Source: Octopus vulgaris
Lineage: Eukaryota
NCBI GenBank assembly: GCA_951406725.2
Contig: OX597822.1
Span: 16,678,001 to 16,742,000, forward strand
Length of the DNA stretch: 64,000 bases
Direction: 5' to 3'
Shown here in pieces: positions 1 through 12,469 of this stretch. The position numbers and the translations under genes were made by a program. Position 1 is the first letter of the stretch. Every line of letters begins with the position of its first letter. Below the pieces are notes generated by a model that was not told the DNA's origin, did not search any database, and saw nothing but the letters and a program-made list of their open reading frames with translations.

Positions 1-1394
1 GAGCGAAAGCTTTCCTGTCGAACGGCTGTGATAGATTACATCATGGGTTTTCGGGTCGTAACCGTTGCTAGCGTTTTGCTAATGTTTACAATTTCACACC
101 ATTTGGCGTGCTTTCAATAAGTTGTTCGATCAAAAACAAAAAAGAATAAAATGTAACAACATTCTACTTGAGGTATTTTGAAAGATCTTACAAGCTATAA
201 TTAGATGTTCAAGATATTTCCCCTTGTCTTCATCAATAGTAAACATGTTAAATTATGTATCGAATAAAGAAGATTCGAACCAGTAGGTTGATGACAAAAG
301 GCGTGAATGATTCGGTTTTAAAATACAGCACTGTCATAATGCGAAATATCTTGTGAACATTTTGATCAGGTAAAAATGGTATTTGAGGAGTTCCGAGCAA
401 AACACTAAACTCCTTCCAGTGGTTAGGCTTTAGTGCGGAAACTCATGTGTTGTAGGGAGTTTGGAGTTGCTCCTTAGTAACTACTACTCCTAGTTTCAAT
501 CTATCCTGCTTTGTTAGCACATGCTAAGGGCCCCAGTTATGAGTCTTATAGCGGAAGTGAGTGTTGTGGCTAATGTATGCATGACTTCGAGGAGGACGTA
601 ATATGTGTCACATAGACAAAACCATTAGGTCACGGGACTCAGTCCTTTGCCGCGGGGTTAAAGGCCCTGTGTTCGATTGTAGGTATAGAGAGTAGGGGGA
701 AAACAATGAGCTGTAAATGGAATCGGGAAACCATTGTTGTCTTTTCCTCAATAAAATCCTTGAATATTCAGTCTTTGAGATGAAAATCCCTCACAGCCGA
801 CGCCTGTAAATCAGGTATGGCATGTGGAGAGGGGTAATTAAATATTCAAAAAAAGTACATCATCTTGGAATCTCAAAAGTCACACGGTTACTGCAATGTT
901 TAAGAACTGTCGCTTTGAATCTCCATGATTTAAGTTTCGTTCGAACTGCATGGCACATTCGACAAGTACCTTCTCTCATAGACTCGTATCGAGTAAAGCT
1001 TTTGAGTTAAATTTGATACAATCGCTCCATACAGATTGTTTCTATTCTTCAGTTCGCCTGATTTAACAAACCCATTTGTGCTTTGTATGCCCTTAATAGA
1101 TTCAGCTTTGTTGCAAAAATTTGGACCAGATCTGAGGTTTGATGATAATTTCATCTTTTGTTTTCCTCCAATCAGGCGTGTTTTGAGAAACATCCATGAG
1201 TACAGACTTTCCTCCGCCGACTAAGCTTTCGAAAACCGTGTGAGAATTAATCTCGCAGCTTTTTTGATTGAGCATTTGGCTGCTTTTCGGGTAGCATTTC
1301 CCACTCGACGTTTTGAATTAAGAACCTCAACCGTACAAAATGCATAGCGTCATCAAGGTTTACAATACCGAACGCAGCCGCTTATTGCTCATGT

Positions 1395-2095
1395 CCGATG
1401 ACTTGGTCGACAAGATGTGCTCCTGGATTCTGAGAACTTTTCGGTCTAGAAGTGTTCACACCATCATCCTTTTCTACTCTACTTTTGCCCGACCACACCT
1501 TTGAGTGCTGTTGCCCAATGTGGTCTCCCCATACGAAGTAACTCATTATGAAAGTAGAAGCACTCCAGACGTCTATAACAAGAAAAATAGACGGCATGCG
1601 AGGGATTGATTATTGGAGTCGACTAAAAAAACTCAATCTCTACTCTCTCCAACGCCGCCGGGATCGCTACATCATTTGTGTGATGTGGAAAATATTCCAT
1701 CAATATTGCACAAATGACGTTGGCATCAATTTTAAAATCCATCCAAGACTTGTCCCCCATGCTATCCGCCAACTACAAACTCAGGACACATAACAACAGG
1801 ATATATGACAACATTACGTCACAACTATTTAACCTCAACCGGACCAACTCTCTTTAATACCAAAATACGTCAAAACGGAAACGGATCCCATAAAATTTGA
1901 AAGTTTACTGGGCAAAAGTCTTCAAAAATTCCCTGACCAACCTCCTACACCCGTATATGTCTCCAACAATAACTCTTTGCTAGAGTAGGCCATGGCACCC
2001 CACATATGACTAAAATACTTCACCAGGTGGTGCCTTTAAGTTAGACATGGCCTGGGCCTATACTGGCCGAAACCCATCAAAGTTATCAAAGTAAT
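1395..2095 (+). mobile_element. 3' fragment of a decayed CR1/L2/Crack-group LINE (RT C-terminal region and 3' tail)
   Basis: Frameshifted translation gives MCSWILRTFRSR..PH(L)ECCCPMWSP..KVEALQTSITRKIDGMRGIDYWSRLKKLNLYSLQRRRDRY..KFPDQPPTPVYVSNNNSLLE, typical of the CR1/L2-group post-RT region. Ends in a short ATCAAAGT repeat. Confidence 0.8.
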
Positions 2096-2251
2096 AAATG
2101 AAATACCTTCATAATCTCAAGCTATATAGGCTAGGAGTTATGTCATTTCACGTTAGACAGGTTTTTCCATCATGATTCAATCAGAAACGCAAACACATAT
2201 AGATTGTTTACTCAGGAAATATAACGACACCAGGTCCAACATAAACACACA

Positions 2252-2298
<47 letters not shown>

Positions 2299-3761
2299 TC
2301 ACACACCTACTACTGGTTCTCTTTTAAATGATATATTTTTATTAAAAAAAAATAATTCTGACATCTCGCCAACAACACGTTGTTTGTAAAATATCGAATA
2401 ATTTCGATTTATCTTAATCAGCTGAAAGGAATGTCACCGTGTGACCTTTTCACACTCTTCTTCAATCACATAACTGTAAAAATCTTACACATATACAGTG
2501 TACACACAAACGCAAACACATACACTTACTCACACACACACACACACGTATATGAGCCTGTGTGTGTAGACCTGTATTCATTTATAACCATATGTATTTC
2601 TACATATGAGTGTGTATGGGTGTGTGTGCATGTGTGTGCGTATGTGTGCGTAGATAGAAACGCATATACATTTATATACGTCATCTAACACATTTTTCCT
2701 TATTACATATTCTGACTTCACTTATAGGTGTTCACGTTACGAGCACATGGTATTTATCCGTGCATTTCTTGGCGTTCTGGTGTAAAGTAAGTGTTTGTGC
2801 TTAAAGCGAAAAAAGTATTATGTCCCATAAATTATGACTTATTGACCAGCCATCAACTGGCCTCATAACAATCAACCAACAAGCCAATGTTATAGGTGTG
2901 AACTGGAGATCAATATACCTTTAGCACTGCAGTCACTGTTAATAAGTTTTGAAAGTGATTTAGCCGGTAATATCTCTGTGATATCGATTCAAAGTTAAGC
3001 ACCGTCATTGGTTTCACAGCTTTCCCCAGAAAGTTATCCTTTGATATTTTTTTCTCTCTCTCTCCCAAGCCTCGATTTAAGTAGATAGGGTCGTGTCAAA
3101 GTTCAGTTGGCATAAAAAAAGTGACAGGCGTTGGACGTGAATGAATTTACTAGCTTAGGTGTTGTTCGGTGAGTTAGATCAGAAATCGATGTTTCGGAGA
3201 TAATAAGCCTCTCCTGATCGGCACACGCGGTTCGACGTCCACTGCTACCAACATTTAAAACTGTCCATTTGCTCGGATTGTGAAGACAGATTAATTTTTC
3301 TACGTTTTTATTCTGCTGTTTCAATGTTCATCCAAGTAGAATACAACAAATGTCATATCTCTAATTTCATATTTCTGAGGAATTTCGCAATTTTAGATGT
3401 CAGTAGTTTGAATTTATAAGGAAAGGGAAATTAGTTCTGAAATGGAATCGGCAGAATCTCGCCAAGAAATATTACAGGAAACACATCACCATTTGTTTTT
3501 GTTTTTGTTTTGTTTTGATTTTTTTTTACCGTTTTATTCTTTGTGTTATTACTTCAAACTGCATCGGTCATTATATCGAGATTCTCATCTCTTCTGCGTA
3601 TTTCTTATTCACATTCTTCTTCGATTTTTACCTTTTCTGTCCTTCTTTGCATTCCATGATCTGCCACTGACAAATCCTTCATCTATATATATATCTCTAC
3701 GTGTCGCTCTATAGTTTTAGAACTTTTCCTTTATTCATATGACTTTTTCATACTCTTATCT

Positions 3762-3822
<61 letters not shown>

Positions 3823-3827
3823 GTATG

Positions 3828-3890
<63 letters not shown>

Positions 3891-3923
3891 GTATATGTAC
3901 ATATATATATTTCTCTTTATATG

Positions 3924-3984
<61 letters not shown>

Positions 3985-4571
3985 AGCGGTGTGTGTACAT
4001 ATTTATGTGAGTGTATGAACGAATATATATGTGTATGTATATAGACTTCGATATTTTTTTATCTATTTCTCGTCTCATTTCTTAACTCAACTTACTTTAG
4101 TATTCCTCTGTTTCACTCTCTCACACTCTCTCACTATCACTCTCTCTCACTCACTCTCTCTCTCTCTCTCTCTCTTTCTCACCCCATTTGCGTGTGTGCC
4201 TGTGTGTATGAGTATATGAGGATGGAGTGGGGGTTGTTCTACTCTCGTGCACAATATTTACATTTCCAATATCTATCAATCTGAGGACAGGCGCACAGCA
4301 CAGTTCGTGGTTTACTGTTTGCCTGAAGGATCATTTGGCAAGTTTCTTGACTCCCTTGTTTCGCGAGTTAGAAACATGTTTGTGTGTGTGTGTACTGATC
4401 AATATATTTATACGTTTGTTAATAAGTATGCATCATGAATACCCTCCCCACTTATTTCTCTCTCCCTCTCTCTCTTTCTCTCTCTTCTTTCTCTTTCTCT
4501 CTCTTCCTCTCTCTCTCTCTCTCTCTCTCTCTTCTGTATAAATATATATATATACACATAGACATACATGC

Positions 4572-4622
<51 letters not shown>

Positions 4623-4686
4623 TATAAGTGTGTATCTATTTATAAATATATGCATATGTAAGTATACATATACATATATGTATGTA

Positions 4687-4764
<78 letters not shown>

Positions 4765-5351
4765 AATATATATAAATACATATACATACATATACGCACA
4801 CATATATATATATATGTGTGCGTATATATAAATATAGATATACATATATACATATATATATGTATATATGTATATATATGTATATATGTGGAGAGAAAGA
4901 AAGGGAGAGAGATACATATATGTGTGTGTGTTTGTGTGTGTGTGCGTGTGTGCGCGTGTGTGTATGTGTTTGTGTGTGTGTGTTTGTGTGTATGACTATT
5001 TTTCAAATGAATACATCTTGAACTCTCTTTAAGATATATTTCCGTTCTAATATATCTTTATTTGAATTTATATGTTTGTGAATCGATATATTTGTGCAAA
5101 CATATATATTCTGATGCTCTGGTGTAGCTATATGTGTGTGAGTGCGTGTGCAAGCGTATATGTGTATCTGTATGTACGTCTGTGCATGCATGTTCGTGTA
5201 TGGATGCGTCAGATTTGTTTCGGTAGAGAAGATTCCACCCAAATCAACATGTTTGCCAATTTATGAAAGCTAACAGAATAATTGTGATCACGGGTTGTTT
5301 GTGAAAGTTATAATATTACTTCTTTTGTGTTTTCTTTAGCTGTTTATCCCA

Positions 5352-5413
<62 letters not shown>

Positions 5414-5469
5414 TGCCTAGATGGTTTGGAGAGAATAACTGCCATCACTAAACGATAATTCTTCTAGAC

Positions 5470-5960
5470 CTCTGAATCATAAATGATACACCCCCACTAC
5501 GTTTGGAACGGAATTTTATCAATATTTTGGTGCAAACTCTTAACGTGAAAGCGTAAATGCTTGAAAATTATTCTTTACGTTGCCAAAGGCTTGGATCCGT
5601 TTCAAATATTTGCTGGTTCTTTCAATAGAAATAACTCGTGCAATCCTCTTGACTATTCCACAAAGTTTAACAAAGAGTTCTACTTTAATGGAATTTACTG
5701 GCTCACAACAAAATAATATAACAACTACCATCTATTTTGGAGTTGTTATCAGAAATTCTTCAAGCCGCTATATAAATCTTCAAGTAGCTACTATTGAGAT
5801 GTATTTTACAAGTCCGCGACTAAAATTTCTGTCCCTTACTAACTGGGGTAGTGCCTCGTTTTCATATACAGTGTTTCATACGATTGCACAAATGTAATGG
5901 AGTAGTTTTTGGCCTGTACTAAAGTATTCACAGTTCTACGACATTTGGCATGGTTAGTTG
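5470..5960 (+). pseudogene. possible highly decayed Helitron Rep/helicase fragment
   Basis: PHYVWN (~5494), RFKYLLVL..EITRA and EMYFTSPRLKFL occur in the order of the Helitron motifs P.hyvW, E.fyLRlLL..v.ga and ea...sp.lR.lF. Weak match made by eye. Confidence 0.25.
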
Positions 5961-6204
5961 TAACTCTTCCCACCAAGTTTTACGCCTTCTACCTATGCTA
6001 CAAATAATTATTCTTTGCTTTCACGGTCCTCACCTTGCTCCATTCAAAAAGATACGTGAGACACTTGTCCAGCTCCCTTTATCAGAATTACAAAGAATTT
6101 GTTTTAAGATTTTTAAACCAAACATTAAATTAATGAAACTCACCAGTCTGGGAGGACTTGAAAAGAAACATAACCTTCCATTCTACTCAGGAAAAAAAAT
6201 ATAT

Positions 6205-6397
6205 TTCAGCCATTAGACCACGGCCATTCTGGGGCACTGCCCTGAAGAATTTTTTTATCCCAGTAAATCTTTATAAGCCTTAAGTACTTATTCTATCGAT
6301 TCTTTTGCCGAAGCGATCAGTTACAGTGAAGTAAACACAAACGGGAGCAAACACAGACACGAAGGCACACCAGCACACTCACATACACACATGCACG

Positions 6398-6400
<3 letters not shown>
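6205..6400 (-). mobile_element. SINE family B (OR/CORE-like), 3' part
   Basis: Matches the 3' part of the complete copy at 34548-34961. Confidence 0.7.
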
Positions 6401-6437
<37 letters not shown>

Positions 6438-8599
6438 CTTCCACTCTTCTCATCTTCCGGATCAGTATCAACTTCCAAGGCGCTTAATTTTGACACACTT
6501 TCCGATTCAAGTCTTTCAACTTGTGTAATGTATTGTGATCAGAGTCCAATTGTGCAGGGAGTTCACGGATTTTGACAATGGCAAAAATAAAAACCTCGAA
6601 AGGAAAACTAGACAAAGCATCTTTTTTAAATGTAATGAAAGCGATTTGCTTCATAGAAAAAAGAGATTCTCCTGGAAGCAACCGGTTCTGATATTGCAAT
6701 AAAAGGCTTAAAACATGTGAATAGAATCTACTGACCGGAATATACTTTCTGAATTGGTTTCTCCCAAATACTCTTTACTAGAATTGTGAGAGTTAAGAGA
6801 GAAATATTTCAGAGCATTGATAAGAAGTGATGCAGCGTCGGGACCTTGATCAGTCGTTAATGGATTGGTACATGCATATGTTCTATAAACATCGCTTTTC
6901 AGTTCTACATGGAACATATGCTTCTATGGTCGTAACCGAGGCAAACTTTTGCCTATGCACAGCACTTCGTTTTAGTAAAAGAAAGGCACCGGACCAGCAA
7001 TTTCGTAAGAAAGGGTTAGTCAATTAGCACAACACAATATTTGATTGGTATATGGAACCGAAAGAATGAAAGGCGAAAGTGCATTCAGTGGGATTTTAGC
7101 TCACAATTTTAAACACTCAGAACAGATATTGTAAGTCACTTATTTACCTGATATTGTAACGAAGCTACCAAATTGCAACCTTGAAAATAAATAGCACCAC
7201 AATTTAACAAATTAACATTGCCAGAAACAACATACATGAATCACATATGAATGTTACCTTCAAACGAAGACTTGTAAGTTGACTTTAACATAAAAGAAAA
7301 TATCAGAATTACTTTGCTGTTTGTTATGTTTGGTACATGTTATGCACATGTTGTTAGAATTCCGAATAGCTATCCACTAATCGGATTAATATCCTATTGG
7401 AGCAAATTTAACAAAATCCAGATATCTGCAACTCTGGTGACAAAATCCAGTTTCTGTTGTGTTAATCCTATGAATATCAGGAAAAGACCACCACACTCCG
7501 GCAAGTAACTTGCCTAATTTCTTATTCATGTGAGTTAAGTCCCTTGAGTACGTAAGGTACAATATCCTCGACAGAAATACAACTAAACGCCTTTAGAGAA
7601 ATTGAAATCACGTTCCTTTTGTCATTATTCCTTCTTCCAAATCAAACATTGATTTAATTTTAACTCAGTTCTGGAAATACTCAGAGATATGTTTTTCTTC
7701 GTAAATCTAAAGGATATATAAGATATTTTGCCGAACTATTTCATCAACGATTTTATTTGCTTATTTATTTAAATGAACTCGTCCGTTAATATTATTTTGA
7801 TTTTTTTTTTCTTGTTTCCTTTACTTCATAAGAAAAAATAGTTAAGCCCTAAAACACGGCGCTGAAATACTTGACGAAGTTCTCAAGGTAATCTACAAAT
7901 GTAAAATAAAATATTTTCCTAAATTTATTATCCATAAACACGTAGTATTTGATCGGAATCGCAAACATGCATGATGAATAGCTTTTCTCATGCAGAAATG
8001 GTCATTGCCATGTCTGGACATGATAATCATTCCAACACTAGCTTTCTTATTACCATTTATTTTTCACTTTTAATCTTTTTCTCTTTTATTTTTTCTCATT
8101 CTAAATCTAATCAGTATTTTTGTTTTGGCTTTCTTTTTACTGGTTGCAACGGTAATAATAGTCTTTTATTCAGCATACCCCAAACAAGTTGGAATAAACA
8201 TATGAAAAAGTAAACAGTGTTCAAAGAACGATTGTATTCAAGACAGATCGGCGCCTTACCGAACACAATACGAACGGCACCATACTGCAAAGTCCTTCTT
8301 GAAGAAAAACAGCAGAAGAATTCTCACAAAGCTAACCCAGGCGTTGGGTGAACGATTTAAGCAAAACCAAATAATCGATTGAAAATTTCTACACAAATCT
8401 AAGAGAAAAAGATAAATAAATAAAATTGCCAACTCTATAACAATTATTCTATCGATGGCGCCATGTTAATTTTCGATTCTAATATTTCTTTGATATCGAT
8501 CATTGTTCACTTTATTTATTTTTTTTTTGTTCTTTTTAGCTTAAATCCGAACGATATTTAATGTAGTCGAGATTTCTAGCAGCCATAACTAAAAACTAT

Positions 8600-9450
8600 C
8601 AGCTACAGAATAGTTAAATATATGTCAGAAATATAATGTTTTCGACAAAGAACTTCAGCTCAAAACTTCGATTCTATTTCATCAAAACTTATAGTTTTTT
8701 TCGATAATATCATGATACCAGTCGATTTCATATGAATATGTTGAAGATTTAATCTCAAGACGTCAAGTTTTACAATAAGTCAGTCGTCATCGAAATTTGT
8801 CCCTTTAAACATGTAATGCGCTTAGTAGCAAGTCGTTTCTACATTTGTCACTCAGTATTATGTGTTATAACTGTGTCTCTGTATGATATGTTAGAGTTAA
8901 GAGGGAGCTTTTGGTCATTAAACATTCAAATATTTTGATATTAATTCATCTATGTTTATTAACTAAGTACCTAAACATGATGCTTGTATCGACTAATTTA
9001 CATCAACCACTTCTTGAAACATTGCTACAGATCTAGAAAACATTTCCGAAGTGTTCTGTTCTACAAAACGTTAAATGCAGTCCAAGCAAAATAATTTTCC
9101 GAGGCAAAGAACTAGCTTTCTGGAATTCCAGTTTTCATAAATGTTAATTTGTATTCATTAATTGTGTCCTGATGTTGCAGATAATTTCCGAGGAACCTAA
9201 TTTTCGATCCAGTTTTCATTATTTCTTAAACATCTTTGAATTACACTACAGACAATTATTGCTTTTTTATAAGTTTTCTGCATCCATATAATAGTTTCAG
9301 TTTTCTCTAAACATAAAATAAACTTCGATGCAACATCTGTTATTTCTTTAATGAAGCCATATTTCCAAGGATTCTACATATTTAATTTCATTGAGTTCTA
9401 ATTCGCAGACCAAATGCTGAACGAAATAACAAATTATTAAGAGAAGTTGT
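8600..9450 (-). pseudogene. highly decayed non-LTR RT, possibly R4/Dong-like
   Basis: Broken minus-strand motifs in RT order: W..YKKA, then KTGIPE.S...LFCL (compare RGIFQGDTLSPLLFCL in the 24-26 kb element). Many stops. Confidence 0.3.
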
Positions 9451-10379
9451 CGAGTAATAGCTTGACATATTTTTTCATTTAACCTTTGTAAAGTTATTTT
9501 CTAAAAACTATTTTAAATTGAGAGAATATTTTAGTAAACTAATAACTGGTCAGGGGACCAAACATTCCAAAGTCAGCATGGATTATTGAAGAGAGGAGTT
9601 ATTATTCAGAAAGATAATCTAACGTCACAACGCCGGCCGAATGGGAGAGTGGATAAACTACGTGATTTACGGGTCCTTGAAGCGTGATCCTAAAACTACG
9701 TTGATTAATCGCTTATTTGTTTCAGGCTGCTTTTCTGTAGAAGATAAGTATCAGACTCGCCTGATTATATATGCCGATACCAACCACACCTGGAACAACA
9801 TTTAGAGTATTTTATGCAAGGAGCTTTAAAATATAGCTACAACTATATTTGCAGTGAGGAACCAACATATTAGCCTATAACTAATGTTCATTTTTTCCGA
9901 AAAATATGAGACGTAACTCCGAAACTGTTTCTCTATTATTCTGATCTTTTCGTGCATCAAATATGCAAACAGTATTTTACGTATTCTTTTCCACTAGGAC
10001 GGGGCCTTTGAATGCATGTCAATACTAATAAATGCATAATCCTTTATTTTACATCTTTTTCACTGCTTCAACTAATACTAGAAAGACGATGTTATGATGA
10101 TGAAGTCAACATAAAACCCAATATGTAAGATATAAACCTTGATCCTAGCCCTGACCAATGTATGTTTAAAATTTCGCTTATAACTTGACTTTAGCCTAAT
10201 ATTTGTCGTCAACATATCCTAACGAAGATTTATCGTTTCGATTTCATCGAGGAATAAGTCCATTGTCAGATAAACAGTAGAATATAAGTGTGCGTGTCGT
10301 ATTCTTTTCTTGAGACCAAGGATTCAATGAGACCGGTGACTCTGTTTTAATGGTGTATAGTGACCGAGGGTTGCGGGGT

Positions 10380-10540
10380 CAAGAACAGCAATTTTTGAAA
10401 GAAGGGGACAAGTCGATAACACCGACCCCAGTACTTAACTGGTACTTTATATCATCGATGCCTAAAGAAAGAAAGGTAAATTTGAGCTCGACGGGAATTG
10501 AATCCAGAGGGTAATGCTGGTAAGCATTTAGACCAATGTG
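10380..10540 (-). mobile_element. SINE family A, decayed
   Basis: Contains gtcgat..cagtacttaactggtacttt..atcgat..gaattgaa, as in the copy at 34103-34319. Confidence 0.7.
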
Positions 10541-10597
10541 CAAAATATTCTTAAAGCTTCCTACTTCATACATAAACACAGACAGCCACATTTACTA

Positions 10598-11090
10598 GCT
10601 ATGACGACGACACAAAATTAGTTCAAGCAATCAAAGAACATTTCTGTGCTAATCTAGAGAAATACTTCGATGTCATACATAAATAAACAGCAGAAACCAA
10701 CACGCAATTTAATGCAGGAAAATTCCAAGCCTTCCGCTATCAGCCAGCTTGTGCTAAAAATGCCAAAACAAAGATACTTTAGACCAACAGGTGCGGCCAT
10801 CCCAAAGTCAAGTGCAGTGTGCGATTTGCGGATTGATATGAGCAACAACGCCTCGTTTCACGTGAATATCATCAAGATGGTGGCAATGTGGAGGTGAATG
10901 GCCGGATGGAATCTGTGAACTTTCAGAACAAAGTAACAGGAAACTAGGATGGTTCTATGGAAGGCATTTTTCCTCAGCCTTCTGGACTTCTTCTCTCAAC
11001 AATGTCAAATTAATAGCGGAAATTAATGCAGTTCAGTGGTGTTACACTATGAGGATTGTATCAATAGAACAGCTGAGCAACTGCTAAGAG
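10598..11090 (+). mobile_element. decayed CR1/L2-group LINE RT fragment
   Basis: YDDDTKLVQAIK (YADD motif), TQFNAGKFQAFRY, DLRIDMSNNASFHVNI, then GW..TFRT. The end overlaps the domain seen at 1395-1560. Confidence 0.75.
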
Positions 11091-11138
11091 ACTGAAGTAG
11101 GTATGTATGTATAAGCGTGTGTATATATGTATATATAT

Positions 11139-11231
<93 letters not shown>

Positions 11232-11945
11232 TATGTAAGTATGTATGTGTGTGTGTGTGTGTTATATATCATTGTGTTGATAGGGATTGAGACAGTTGCG
11301 AAAAAAAGCTTCCAGTGATATTTTAGATTCGAATTTGATTTATTCGCGATGTCAGTGGAATTAGAAACAAATCGGAAGATATATTTCAATTATCTTAATG
11401 TAAACTTTTTTTCCCCAGAATTCAGTTTGCGTTTTATTTTAGACGGGGATGTTATGACAATTTGTTCGTTTATTTTTAACTTTATTTTTATTCATTATAT
11501 ATCTATATATTCATATATTTCGTTTTGCTAATAATTTAGCCGAGCTCAATTCTTCACAAAGTCATTGATACAAAGTTTAGATAGATAGTTACATAGATAG
11601 ATAGTTACATAGATAGATAGATAGATAGTTACATAGATTGATAGATAGATACATACATACATGTGTGTGTATTTATATATATATATAAAGTGTGTGTGTG
11701 TGTGTACTCAATATTCGATAAATAGTAATTTGATGGTCGTGTCAGAATATTGTCACCAATTATATTTCATAGTTTTAGATTTAATGGTGGTTGGGAATTG
11801 AAATATATTTGATATCATTTTGAAGAATCTCTTTAATTAATTAAATATACAAATTGCTGCAAAAATAGACTGTGTTAAGTAGCTAGCAATTTATGATACA
11901 CACACATGCATAAATATGTACAGATATATATATATATATATATAT

Positions 11946-12409
11946 TTAAAATTGAGGATAAAATCTTTATAAGAAATTATCAGTAGTTAGCGTGAAAAAC
12001 ATCGTAAGAAAAAAAATCCGTAAATTTTTCCCCTTTGAAAATATTTATTTATATTATATTGAGGGTACTACTATTCATAGATACCGCACGCGAAGAGGGA
12101 CCAATGCGGTAAAAACTACTAAAATAAAAAAAATTTTACCGAATGCAAAACTTCAAAGCAAGTCATTTAAAAAAAAGAATTTAGTTACATATCACCTGTG
12201 ATTTCGCAATTAATGCAGAATATGCATTGTATGTTCATCAGTGCAACAAACTCAAGACATATAAGAAAAAACATTACATTACAAACCCGATAGCCAATCG
12301 TAGAATTCGTCGTAGCATTGTACGAATGTTTATCTTTACATATCTATGAAAATTTTGTTTATTTTAGTAGTTTTGACCGCATTGGTCCCTCTTAGCGTGC
12401 GGTATCTAT
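11946..12409 (-). mobile_element. non-autonomous, (TA)n-flanked element with a ~60-bp inverted repeat and an internal hammerhead (PLE-derived?)
   Basis: Inverted repeat 12077-~12137 / ~12349-12409 with about 3 mismatches; hammerhead between the arms; (TA)n on both sides. Confidence 0.7.
12184..12247 (-). ncRNA. type I hammerhead ribozyme motif
   Basis: GUUGCA-CUGAUGA-acauacAAUGCA uauuc UGCAUUaauugc-GAAA-UCA cagg UGA-UA-UGUAAC. Stem I is 6 bp, stem III 4 bp, cleavage triplet AUA; the base of stem II is imperfect. Confidence 0.75.
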
Positions 12410-12412
12410 ATG

Positions 12413-12469
<57 letters not shown>

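Noticed and set aside
11-66. CTGTCGAA resembling the variant hammerhead (also at ~22648 and ~29452)
   Set aside because: No stem II followed by GAAA.
195-240. Possible minus-strand hammerhead (uUGAUGAagacaag..ucuuGAAc)
   Set aside because: Both core boxes are mutated and stems I and III are unconvincing.
770-960. Possible CCCH zinc-finger relic of a LINE ORF1 on the minus strand
   Set aside because: Requires several assumed frameshifts.
2885-2980. CYRC, a possible gag zinc knuckle
   Set aside because: The rest of the CCHC motif cannot be recovered.
3739-5021. Many YI/CV/HT/LS-repeat ORFs here and across the window
   Set aside because: They are translations of (TA)n, (TG)n, (CA)n and (CT)n microsatellites.
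7720-8470. Mariner-like relic (also TIR-like sequence at ~38003)
   Set aside because: No paired terminal inverted repeats or WVPHEL/YSPDL motifs found.
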